Positions 13,302 through 24,960 of a stretch of DNA of 64,000 nt are shown piece by piece (the first letter of the stretch is position 1; the number at the start of each line of letters is the position of its first letter). A program made the position numbers and the translations under genes. This stretch comes from Neodothiora populina (Eukaryota): the NCBI RefSeq assembly GCF_041146345.1, contig NW_027191413.1, positions 310,001 through 374,000 of the forward strand. The letters are read 5' to 3'. A model generated the notes under the pieces. The model ran no database searches. It had not been told where the DNA came from and was given only the letters and a program-made list of their open reading frames with translations.

Positions 13302-14069
13302 CGGAAACCGGATTTTGCCGTTGTGGAGCCGGATTGGGGATAGTCTGCGAGGTCGGTGGCCTTCTAGAAGGGGCGAAGAAGGACGATCTGTACCTGAAGC
13401 AGACAGAATTGTTTGCAAGCGAAGTCAAAAGGGATGGGATGGCATGGGTGGCGACTAGGTGGAGTGTATAATTTTGTACGGACAGCACACGGATTGAGGG
13501 AGTCATGGACTCGTAGACTACGGTAGCAGATACGCTCTTCGAGATCGATAAGACGCAGCGGCCGCAATGCGTGCGAAAGCCCCGGTAACACAATACTGTA
13601 CATTCTACAGAGCTACCGACAGAGTGAGTCGTGAAGAAGGCGAGTGAGCGTTGATTGTACCTGCATATGTCTTGCAACACCAGGGCCGGATTGGCGTTTG
13701 TGATTCGTGCAAGGTGAGTTCGTGGATTATGCGATGAGCGTTGGTTGAATTCCTGCAAGGCCCAACAACCTCTGGAGCCGAAGACAAACAGTGAATTCTG
13801 GCCACGTCCACAGAAGGTTTTAGTTGTACACTTAATGTCCCCACAATTTGCCTCTTTCCTTGTACTTGCACCAGCCGATCAGGTCATTGCTCACTTTCTA
13901 CAAAAACTGCTCGTCCGCTCTCCGATAGCTTCCTTTTCTCTCCCCAGCGAGCTCTTCTACCCTCTGCCCAACCCACCTACCTGTTCATTCTTTTAAAAGG
14001 ACAAGGGAATTGTTCGTTTGATTGATTTCTTCCATCTAGAGAATCAGTCTGTTCCTCACTTCCTCCGCC

Positions 14070-15646
14070 ATGCCTTCGCATCAACCTGCCGCTGGCATGA
14101 TGGCTGTCGACCCTGACTTTGTCAAGCAGCCGTCGCCAATGGCAAAGACGACGGAGCCAAACCGCAACAAGAATTACGACCCCAAGAAGTGAGTTCTGAG
14201 TCTCAACAACCCAATTGACGCGTTTTGGGTCGCTTCCAAGTAGCATTGCTGACAACTGACCTCCAGGCCTCACATCACCGACATGCCCATCACCAAGAAG
14301 AACTGGTACAAGCACGTCAACTGGCTCAACGTCTACTTCATCCTCGGCATACCGGTCATGGGTATGGTTGCCGCCGTTTGGACTCCTCTTTACCTCAAGA
14401 CATTCGTTTGGGCTTTCATCTACTACTTCGCCACTGGTCTCGGCATCACCGCCGGCTACCACCGTCTGTGGGCCCACACCTCCTACTCTGCCACCCTCCC
14501 GCTCAAGATCTTCCTTGCCGCTGTTGGTGGCGGTGCAGTCGAGGGCTCCATCCGCTGGTGGTCTCGTGACCACCGTGCTCACCACCGTTACACCGACACC
14601 GACAAGGACCCCTACTCCGTCCGCAAGGGTCTCCTGTACTCTCACCTCGGCTGGATGGTCATGAAGCAGAACCCTAAGAGAATTGGACGCACCGATATTT
14701 CTGACCTCAACGATGATCCTGTCGTTGTCTGGCAGCACCGCAACTACATCAAGGTCGTCCTCGCAATGGGTCTGATCTTCCCTACTCTCGTCGCTGGTCT
14801 CGGCTGGGGCGATTGGCTCGGCGGCTTCGTCTACGCCGGGATCCTCCGCATCTTCGTCGTCCAGCAGGCAACTTTCTGCGTCAACTCCCTTGCTCACTGG
14901 CTCGGCGAGCAACCCTTTGACGACCGCAACTCTCCCCGCGACCACATGATCACCGCTTTCGCTACTCTCGGAGAGGGATACCACAACTTCCACCACGAGT
15001 TCCCTTCGGATTACCGCAACGCCATTGTTTGGTACCAGTACGACCCCACCAAGTGGTCTATCTGGGTCTGGAAGCAACTCGGCCTCGCCTACGACCTCAA
15101 GCAATTCCGTTCCAACGAGATTGAGAAAGGTCGCGTTCAGCAGCTCCAGAAGAAGCTCGACCAGAAGCGTGCCACTCTCGATTGGGGTACTCCTCTCGAG
15201 CAGCTCCCTGTCATGGAATGGGACGACTACATCGAACAGGCCAAGAACGGCCGCGGTCTCATTGCCGTCGCTGGTGTTGTCCACGATGTCACCGATTTGT
15301 AAGTATACTGAAATATGACTAACACCACATTCCTGAGACTAACTTCCGTCACAGCATCAAGGACCACCCTGGTGGCAAGGCCATGATCAAGGCTGGTATC
15401 GGCAAGGATGCCACCGCCATGTTCAACGGTGGTGTCTACTACCACTCCAACGCCGCTCACAACCTCCTCAGCACCATGAGAGTGGGAGTCATCCGCGGTG
15501 GTTGCGAGGTTGAGATCTGGAAGAAGGCACACGCCGATAACAAGGAAGGCAAGATTGTCAAGGATGAGTTTGGCAACAGAATCGTCCGAGCAGGCGCTCA
15601 GGTGACCAAGGTCATCGAGCCCACCGCCAGCGCCGGTGCTGCTTAG
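14070..15646 (+). CDS. OLE1: Delta-9 acyl-CoA desaturase with fused C-terminal cytochrome b5; exons 14070-14188, 14267-15298, 15355-15646
   Basis: His boxes HRLWAH, HRAHH, HNFHH; b5 haem motif HPGG appears after splicing of intron 2; strong codon bias. Confidence 0.96.
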
Positions 15647-17284
15647 ATGTTTTCATCTCTTGTCCCTCTCCCCTCCTTGTTTCATTATCAATTCCCCCAC
15701 ATTTTTGCGTTTCAGCGGATTGAGGCATTTCGGCAAACATGTATTTTCCAGCGGCGTCGGCGTTCAAGCTCTATCGCTGAACAGAAAAGGCGAAGTAGAA
15801 AGCGGGCTGGTCCGAACCTTGCAATCGTTGGTGGACCGCCCACCGCCATAGATCTGATTTCCGTCATTTCTTTCATCTTGTTCCCACAGGCTTAATGTCA
15901 TTATTCACGTATATAAAGTAAAAATCATGACGCTCATGGCCCAACAACCTATGAATGACCCTAAGATATGGTACCAAGGATTTGAACATGTTTCTCGTGT
16001 GCTAAACTTGAAGTTCTATAACAACCATGCATTCGTTTCAGCTCATACACAACACGAAGACTAATGAGCAGACAGCAAAACTGCTCGCGATCCCATCTAG
16101 CCTTCTCAAAAGCGTCAAGAACATGATGACTCTGCATCGCGTCACCCCATGGCCAGCCGGCCCATTCGCATCCCGCATCCTTCTTGGTCAACGCTGAGAG
16201 CCGGCGTGACCCACTTGTAACGATCGGATCTCTCTTGCCGTACAGTCGCTTGTGTACGAGCCGCGACGCGTTTCTTCTCGTCATGGACGAGAGGATGGGA
16301 CAACGTTCGGGAGAACCGTGCTGCCATGGTCTTTGAAGTCTGCGGACGCGAAAGATTCGCCATTCGGCTGAATTTTTGACCCGCTTCTACTTTTGCACCC
16401 TCGGATGCATGTTTGAGCAATGCATCAGCAGCAGAGGGGCCCTGCCCACAGCTAAAGAAGGAAACATGTTCGATCTGGGTGGGCTTGCCATGGCGGCCAG
16501 GCAGCACTCGCTCTCTATGGAGGATTTGGGGAGGATGAGTCGACACAACCGCTTAGAAGCGTCCGTGCACCGTCGACCTTACTCGCTTGTTTGCTTCAGG
16601 GGCCGTTCCTCACAGCTTTGCTCATGCCTGTCTGTATGGCTCGCACTCCCCCTACCCTACCACCACCACCACCTCTCCTGCGCAGACGTTGTATACTTCA
16701 TCTTAATGCTCTGTGTTCATGCAAGCCACCAAGTTCTCGTAGACGTCAAGACCTGGCGAAAACGCTTCTATTCGTCTCGAGGTCTGCTAGCTATGTGATG
16801 ATGCGTCAGGCAGTACAGTTCTGAACTTCAGATTAAACCTTTTCTTGTCGTTCGTATCAGCAAACCGTTACGCGCCTCCTGTTCGAGAGACGTTATTACC
16901 AGCTCGCTCGCCCGACGCGTCTGATAACCTTGTTTTCCTCTGTTTCTTGCTATGCCTCCCCTTGACACGCTTTTACGCTCAAGCCTGGCCCGCTTGATCG
17001 ACAGTATAACGGCGGACCTCATTTCCCTCACGCGTGGAGAGGTAGGTTAGCAAGAAAAGAGGGACTATGAGCGCCACCGCGTGCATGCAATGGCTGCCAT
17101 GTGTATATATCGAGTTGCTCCTGTATGCTGTTCTGCTGTTTCATATCCTTGGTATGTTTTTGCTACTCACTATAATTCAAAGTCATTCATTCTACAATCC
17201 GCTCTTTTGATACAAAGAAAAAAAGTGCGATAAAACAATACAAAGCGGGAGGCTCTTTCGCTTGTGACATTCTTTTTTGAAGAA

Positions 17285-17285
<1 letters not shown>

Positions 17286-17335
<50 letters not shown>
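17286..17335. repeat. (ACT)~16 microsatellite just upstream of the ATG of the secreted protein
   Basis: Perfect trinucleotide run read directly. Confidence 0.95.
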
Positions 17336-17366
17336 GATCATTCCAATCAGACAGACAAAACGAGCG

Positions 17367-18578
17367 ATGCACTTTCTTTATCTTCTATCAGTGGTGACCG
17401 GGTTGGTCGCTGCTGCACCGCAGTATACTGATTCGACCGCCACTAAATCTGTGGCCACGCAAAGACAAGGTCCGACACCGACGGACATCAAGCAGGTGTT
17501 TCCCTATGACGACAGCAGCTCGCTCGACAAGAAAATCACAAACCAGGTCCCCGTGGATCCGATAGGCCGACACGAGACGTCAGGGAGACGCGAGATGCTG
17601 GAAAGACTTGGAGTACTTGGCCGCACAGGCAGCTGCGTAGGCTACGAGCAGGGGTAAGTGAACAAGCAAACCATCAGGGAACGAAAACCATTAACATACA
17701 GACAGACACGCACCCAAGACATCTCCCGACACCGCACAGGCATTCCTAGACAACCCCGTCTACAGCAAGCTCTCGACCAACTCGACGCCCCCCCAGGCTA
17801 CAGCCGTGTGTTCCAGAACCTCAACGGCAGCGTCGAGCAACCGGGCTTCATGGGCGTCGTGACCTACGAGCACTACAACACCGTAGCATGCCAGCGAGCC
17901 TGCGATGCCGCGGTTGGTTGCACAGCCTTCAACATGTACATTGAGCGATCGCCGTCGGTTGACACAGGCGCCGGATGCCCGAACCCGCCCGCAGTCTTCA
18001 ACTACCGCTGCTCGCTATGGGGCTTCGAGATCACGTCCGCGACTGCGACGATGACGGGCAGAATCTATGGGCCCATCGACGCAAACGGCACTTCTTTCCA
18101 CTCCGCTGTGCGCGGCTCAAACGGCTACGTCAAGAATGCTGCGCCGGCGCCCCAGCCTGACTTCAGAGGCCCTTTCGCGCTCGGCGGCGCCATCCAGGAA
18201 CCTCATCCTCCAGCAACGGCTGCTGCAGAAAGCAGCACCTACATAGGCCAGCGCAACTGGCCGGGGACTTTCGAACCAGCACGCTGCGCCGCAGCATGCC
18301 AGGCAACAACAGCGTACAACAAAGAAGCCGCGGCCGCGTCAGGCGCAGCCACATACACGGCGTGTAACTTCTTCAACGCCTTCGTCGTGACCAAGGATAA
18401 TGTCGCGCAGGGCACGACGTGCTATTTTTTCTCCAAAGCTTGGGATCGGAAGTATGCGACTGATGTCGGGCAGTATGATGGTGCGGGCGTGGCGTATTCG
18501 GTCTCTAGCTCGTATGGGTATGCGCTTGATGTGCCGCGTTCGGGGGTTGTGGCTCCTGTTGCTGCTGATGCCCAATAG
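17367..18578 (+). CDS. Secreted Cys-rich protein with two PAN/apple-like modules; intron 17654-17705 (or -17701); apparent frameshift at C7 run 17788-17794
   Basis: Signal peptide MHFLYLLSVVTGLVAA; modules CQRACDAAVGCTAFNMYIERSP...CSLWG and CAAAC...CNFFNAF...CYFFS; SPDTAQAFL and PPGYSRVFQNLNGS lie in different frames. Confidence 0.75.
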
Positions 18579-19302
18579 AGCTTGGAACCTTTTCTTTGGG
18601 CTGCTGCTTCTCTCTTTTTGGGCTCTATTTTTTGGGGTCGTCAATTAGATGGATGGACGCCTCGGCGGCTGCGCAAGAACTGGTAATGATGATGGATTCA
18701 CGATTTTCTTCTTCTCCTCTTTCTTCTTTTTCGGTAGTTTATACATATATAGCGTCACGCCAAATATTGGGCAAATGTCTAAATGTCTTCTGAAGCTCAC
18801 ACGAGTCCCTTGCTTTTCTCCACACCGTAGATGACGGACGATGCAAACTTCTTCGGCTAAAAGGGCGTTCCCATCAGGTTTGTTGGAGACATCAGCTGCG
18901 CTATGTGTGTGTTCGCTCTCCTAAAAGCGCGGAGACGGCACACCGCGAGTAATGCTTGTAACACGACATTCTCAGCTGTGGCTTGGTGATGTAGTGTCAA
19001 GTCACTGGACGAGAGGAGACGTCGACTCTGTGGGTCCCGTGACTTTGTCCTGTTGCTGCCGTGGTTGCGGCTCGGTATCACTGCAGTGGTGAATGGTGGT
19101 GGATCCAGCTCTAAGATCTGGCTTGAGCTGGACGTTCGTCCGATGATTCATAGATCTCTGCACAGCGTGTGTGGCCTGCATAATGCCGCTTGTCCTAGCT
19201 AGTGGCGCAGCTCTCGCACCTCGGGAGGAGATTGGACCCCCCGAATTTCACACAAGACGGCGATGCTCATAAAAAGATAATGGTCCGCAAGGCCGTCGTC
19301 CA

Positions 19303-19794
19303 TCAAGTCATGGCCGCAACCTTGCCAATGTCGGCATCCATCTTCTTCCCACTCTTCATCTCGTCCGTGGTCATCAAGCCCCCGGGAATCAAATAGACCA
19401 CGTCGTCTCTGCACCCCTTGTCCGTCTTCGAGCCCTCATACTGCGACTTATCAAGATGATACCCAACGATCAAGTCGCACCGCGCGCAAGTCTCGAAATA
19501 GCGCTTTTCGAAGCCGTCGTCTAGACGGATCACGGTGGGGTTTGCGTCGAGGGTCGTGTTTGTCAATGTTGCGTAGTGGGGGCTTGTGGACTTTTCGTCT
19601 TCCGTCTCAGAGGTGCTGGCGAGCGTGCAGATGTGTGATTTGTCTGTGGATGCTCGGGTCGGGAGGCGGTTGAGCCATGTGGTTGTTGCGAAGACGAGTT
19701 GCGTGCAGATGCAGTGGTAGGTGTGAGTTGTGGATTGCGCTGCTGCTGCTGCAGAGGAGGACCCGGGGTCTGCTGTCGTTGTTGCTGTTGACAT
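19303..19794 (-). CDS. STEEP1/CXorf56 (UPF0428)-like Zn-binding protein, 163 aa
   Basis: YHCIC...LNRLPTR..D and R.DDGFEKRY...CARCDL.VGY match the CxC...CxxC layout of the STEEP1/CXorf56 family as I recall it. Confidence 0.7.
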   Translation of the reverse strand: MSTATTTADPGSSSAAAAAQSTTHTYHCICTQLVFATTTWLNRLPTRASTDKSHICTLASTSETEDEKSTSPHYATLTNTTLDANPTVIRLDDGFEKRYFETCARCDLIVGYHLDKSQYEGSKTDKGCRDDVVYLIPGGLMTTDEMKSGKKMDADIGKVAAMT

Positions 19795-19997
19795 TTTCGA
19801 GCTTGTGTCTTTCTCGTCTTTGAAGATATCTTATAGTGATGCTGTCAGAAGACCAAAAGGCAAGTGATTGTGACATAAGATAATCATGGATTGATGTCGA
19901 AGTCGGAAGCGGAAAAACCATCCCCGAACGTCACCAAGTAAAAGTCACAATTACCTAAGGTACACAAGGCACTATATCTTGCCCCCGCTATGTGCGA

Positions 19998-20030
<33 letters not shown>
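19998..20030. repeat. (GAT)11 microsatellite in the divergent promoter between the STEEP1-like and DUF427 genes
   Basis: Perfect run read directly. Confidence 0.95.
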
Positions 20031-20031
<1 letters not shown>

Positions 20032-20228
20032 CTTTGTGCTTATTGTACTAGAGTACCCCTAGAGTATTACTTCCAGGAGATGACAAATTAGCAGCCACAG
20101 GATATGTAGACAGCAAGTCTCGGATGAATCGATTCTTCAGTGAGTGCCAACCTGCAACAGTCTAAGTAGTGAGAAGAACAGCAATCCCAGCAGCTCTGCA
20201 AGTGTCCATTCAATCATCATAGACCCAG

Positions 20229-21236
20229 ATGGCTCCACCAGATCCAAAAGAGTAAGCCAATATCTACAAGTTGTGTAACCATTGTTCCATCAGGTTCTAA
20301 CAATGTCCTTATCGAAGCCTCAAAGAGCTCGCAGTCCGACTCGCTAGAGAGGGTCCAGTGCGGACCCTGCCGACTCCACGGCGAGTCCGTCTGCTGTACA
20401 AGGGAGCCTGTCTCGCAGACACTCTAGGCACCTCGGGCGCTCTCTTCGTCTGGGAACATGACTACTACCCGCAGCTCTATCTGCCTTCAAAGGCATTCTT
20501 CGAGCCGCAAGGTTTCGAAACCCAGTTCAAGCTCGGCGATGCCATCAAGGATGCCAAAGGTCGCAAGATAGCGATCATGTGGGAGATCCTCGTGAGACCC
20601 GCTGGTAGTGGTTCGAGGGACTATGACGCTATTCGGAACAGCATTATCCACTTCGTCGACGATTTAGAGGGCCCGGGGGAGGCTCTGAGGGATATGGTCA
20701 AGGTCAATTTCGATGCAGTCGGTCAGTGCCACATTGACAAGGCAGATGGAAAAGCTGTCATGTGAGAAAGACAACTGACGTGTATACTACTACCTACAGA
20801 TCAATGGCTCGAAGAAGACACGCCCATCTTCGTGCATCCCAAGGACCCCTTCAAGCGCATCGACATTCTGACCTCTACCAGACCCATCAAGGTCTCCATT
20901 TCCGGACGTATCGTTGCCGAGACTAGCACCTCCATGCATCTCTACGAGACCGGTCTGCCCGTGCGCTTCTACATGCCTCTTACCGCAATCGATGTGTCTG
21001 TCCTGCGACCCAGCAAGACGCGCACCCAATGTCCCTACAAAGGTGAGGCTGAGTACTACAACGTCGTCATCAGTGGCGTTGAATACAAGGATGTTGTGTG
21101 GTTCTATAACCGCCCTACTATAGAGTGTTCTGCGGTTGCTGGAATGTGCTGCTTCTACAATGAGAAAGTGGACATTGCAATTCAGGAGTACGGTGGCTGG
21201 GAGAAGCTCGAAAGGCCAACGACGCATTTCGGTTGA
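20229..21236 (+). CDS. DUF427 (NTP_transf_9-like) double-domain protein; exons 20229-20251, 20318-20721, 20800-21236
   Basis: TPRRVR...VWEH.YYPQLY, WLEED.PIFVHPKDPFKRID, LYETGLPVRFY, TQCPYKGEAEYY, CFYNEKVD; two canonical introns keep the frame. Confidence 0.88.
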
Positions 21237-21307
21237 TTTTGGACGCTGTCAAAGCTAGTCTACTTGGGTTTGTAATCATAAAGCTTTCATCATAACCTGG
21301 CAGGAAG

Positions 21308-22105
21308 TCAAGAAACATTCTTCTGCAGCCATTCATCCCATTGCTCAGCTGTGAAGCTACTTGAGATGCCGTTCTCGACTAAACCATCAAAAAGCACAGT
21401 AGGCGAGACATGGATGCCGACCAAGCGACCTTGCTGCGAGACCATCAGCACATATCGATATCTGTGTAACAGAACAATTTCCTACCTTGACAAGTAATTT
21501 GAAGTCGTTAGTGACCTTGTTACCAATGTTCAGACTGCCGTCGTCGGCAGCCTTATCAGGGATCTCGAGCAACTCGTAGATCTTGCTCTCATCTAATCCC
21601 ACCGAGGCTGCGAGCTTGGCAAGGCGTTTGTAAGTGGCGTTTCTGGTCTCGTTGACGACATTGACATCAAAGTAATCGGTCTGCTTGTCGAAAAGTGCAG
21701 CGCTGAACTCCCAATACTTGCTCGGATCCGTCTTGAGGACCGCAACACCTGCCTCGTGCACCAAGGTGGAAGATGGGTGCCATGGCTGGACTTGCTGGCG
21801 GAAGATGAATTCAACCTTGTTGGAATACTTTTTCTCGACCAGGGGATAGACGGATTTGTAGACCGTATTGAACATCTTCTTGGAGAACTGGCAGCACGTA
21901 AGCTTGAGCCTATTCTTCCAAGATAAGAACACTGAAAGCTTACAGGGCAAACATAGTCAAGATCTGTGATGTTATGTCAGCGCACTTGTACTACCTGTAC
22001 TACTTGTACATGTCTTGCGATTCACCCACAAAGCTCGAGAGTATGAACACTCTTGAAGCCGCTAGCAGCGAACTTCTGTCCGGCAAACTTGGGAGCGAGA
22101 GCCAT
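21308..22105 (-). CDS. Thioredoxin-fold (DsbA-like) protein with CPFS motif; multi-exon, including a 20-nt exon 21944-21963
   Basis: MALAPKFAG...TLEL/YLDYVCP/FSKK...FRQQVQPWHPSS...GVHVSPTVLFDG...SSSFTAEQWDEWL; introns with canonical sites. Confidence 0.85.
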
Positions 22106-22890
22106 GTTTACGGTTGCAATGGAGATGGAGCTGCTCAGATGCTGTGGTTGTATACGACAGTGAAGAGTAAACACGAACAGGCGAATAGAAGTGTCAAGCA
22201 GGTTACTTCTTTGCTCGAAACTCCAGCTTGATGCTTGAAACAAATGGTGGGGTGAGCGGAGGTGGTGGGGCAGGTGGGCGACACTATTGTTGATGACGTC
22301 GGGTGCAATCGGAGAAGCACGCAATATCTAGTCATGTCCTTGCCTTATCAAGAGGCACATCTGTGCAGCATAATCTTTCAATCGCATCAGAATAGAACTA
22401 GTTGCCGCAAATATACTGTAGTCTGAAATGCATTGATATGTTGAATCAGGATCAATTCCCGGCAGTCCATTATTGCCGGTGCTACTAAAGTCCACGGGTG
22501 TGTACAAGATAAGCCAGCTCCTCAGATCGTCTGCGCCTGCCTCAATTTGTTGCAAGCAGTAAATGTACAGCACTTATGTGCTGTGAAAAGTGCTAGTCAG
22601 CCTCATATCTACACTGAGGTGGTATCTCCGTCGAAATGGAATGGAAATTATCGATCAGCAATGTGTTCGTTGCTCAGTACTGGCACAATCAAGCATTAAA
22701 GTCGGACACTAAGTTGATTTTCGCTTAGAATTGCTTAGAGTTCTTGCTGATTGTGGAGAAATTTGGGGCAGTGGAGCTATCTTTTACCCAAAGGTCATGG
22801 ATTCTACACTGCCGAGACGCACCTCCGCCAAAGCCCGTCCTTCTCTCCGACATCAGTCTTGATACTTCGAACGCAGCCATTTCTGCCGTC

Positions 22891-24194
22891 ATGGTGTCAA
22901 GATCCTGCCTCTTCATCAAGGACATTCAGTTCGCTGTCTTGGTCTCTTGTCTGGTCGGGCTCTGTGCAGCATCACCCAGTGATGGATGCACCAACTACGA
23001 TCAGCCACCTTTGAAGCCTGGCTCGCCATCTTACCACTTCAGCTTCAACTCAAGCCAGGGAGGAGGCGAGCGTCACGTGTTGCTGAATGTGCCTCGAGCT
23101 TACAGACATGGCGTTCCTGTGCCATTGATACTTGCGTTCCATGGGAAGCATCAGACACCAAAAGACTTCGAGTATCAAACACAGCTGTCAAATCCAGAAT
23201 TCGTCGAAGACGCGGTCGTAGTATATCCGGAGGGCGTCAATGTAAGTCGGCTCACTTTTTTTGATTTCATATCTGCATGGAGTGAATGTAGACGAATGCA
23301 TCTATTTCCCATTCCTACCCTCTCATGATGTGTACACATACCGGGTGGGTGTTTTGATACTAGCGGAGCATCATAATAAGTATTCCTTGACCATTATCAC
23401 TAGTGCTTAATCACATCGCTCTATTCCTGGGACAAATGACAGGTCATGCTCACACTACTTCAGGCTCAATGGACAGGCGATCCGACTGCACCTCTCACGT
23501 CGGAGATTGACGACGTGCAAATGGTGGTTGATCTGCTCGACCATTTACTTGAGAATCTCTGCGTCGACACGGCTCGAATTCATGCCTACGGATTCTCTAA
23601 TGGTGGCGGACTTGTCGATCTGCTTGCATGCGATCCCTCTACCTCTCAACGATTTGCTTCTTTCGCTGCAACCTCTCCAGCGGTGTACAAAGATGTAGCC
23701 CTTCGTGAACCCCTTTTCTCTACTTGCCCCTCGGCTATAGGCAAAGCAACGCCCATGCTTTGGTTCTTCGGCACCAAGGATCCTGTCATTGACATCGGTG
23801 GCAAGGACACACCAGACGGCGAGACATATCCTGTAGAGCAAAGGATGAAGGGCTGGGCAGGGAGAAATGGTTGCGATATCGACAGACCGAAAGTCATGAG
23901 TTTGCATGATGGGAGGGTGGAATGGACGAAGTGGAGTGGACAGAGGTATGGGAGGGATGTTGTGCAGCTATACAAGGTGAAAGGCTGGGGACACGGCGTA
24001 GCTAACTCTTGGTCCATGGACAACGATGTGAGTAAGCTCAACCACTGCATTCACTCAGAACTGATCAGGTCTAGTATCAACGATACGGTCCAACACCGTT
24101 TGACGGCACCTCTATTATTATGGATTTCTTCAAGGCTTGGCCGGCAGGAGCTATGGGAGAGCCATACGATCGTCACGAGAGAGACGAGCTATGA
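22891..24194 (+). CDS. Alpha/beta-hydrolase, CE1 feruloyl esterase C / PHB depolymerase (LpqC)-like; exons 22891-23241, 23464-24027, 24075-24194; ends RDEL
   Basis: Hydrophobic signal, PLILAFHG, VVVYPEG, DDVQ, nucleophile GFSNGGG, GTKDPVI, GWGH. Confidence 0.85.
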
Positions 24195-24960
24195 TCAAGC
24201 ACTTGAAGACCATCTAGTTTCTATATACTTTTTGACGATGTCAAAGCATCCGCCGACACGCAGACTACTTGCAGTACTGCAAGGAACTACACAGATGGAC
24301 TGCTCGTTCTGTGTATCTGCGGACACAGTACGACATTCCAACTCTGAATCAAGCGGCCTTGATCACTGAATTGATCACATAAGTTGCATTTTGAGCTTAT
24401 ACGGGAACAATCAGTTGACGATGATGTGTGAACTGCTGCTGTGTCATGTAATGGTGAATGATATCGACTGGCGGATCACGCGATTGGAAGGCCGGCGTGG
24501 TAGACCAGATAGAACGACGAATTGCGGAACCAGGTTGGGTTTGGCAGACTGTCTTGCAGATAGCATCACTGAATGTTGGCCATGGATACATGCGGTAGAA
24601 TTGATAATGTGCTTGTAATGGAGTGATAAGTCTAATATACCTGTACCTTTCTAGACCGGCCCGGTTATGATTCCAGGCTTGGCGTAGATAACGGCATAAA
24701 CGATGTTTATGGAGACCCTGTCAGACGTCGTGCAGCGATAGGCCAAAGCGAGCAACGAACAACTTCCGAATAGGAAAGCGGAGGGCGACAGCACGAATAT
24801 GTTCAGAAGTACTATTCCGTCGCCACCTGATTATAATATCTTTCGTGAAGCTAAGTCTCGAGATCTTCTTTAACTGTTTTCAGACAGCTTTATTGAAGTC
24901 TCGCTATCATCATTTCCTCCCTCATCCATATCTCTGCAAATTACGCATACGATCTTCCCA

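Noticed and set aside
13977..15284. 435-aa antisense ORF over OLE1
   Set aside because: Expected shadow of strong codon bias in a highly expressed gene; crosses the sense intron and has no recognisable motifs.
17277..17366. Poly-Thr N-terminal extension of the secreted protein
   Set aside because: Produced by the (ACT)n microsatellite from a TTG start; the signal peptide begins at ATG 17367.
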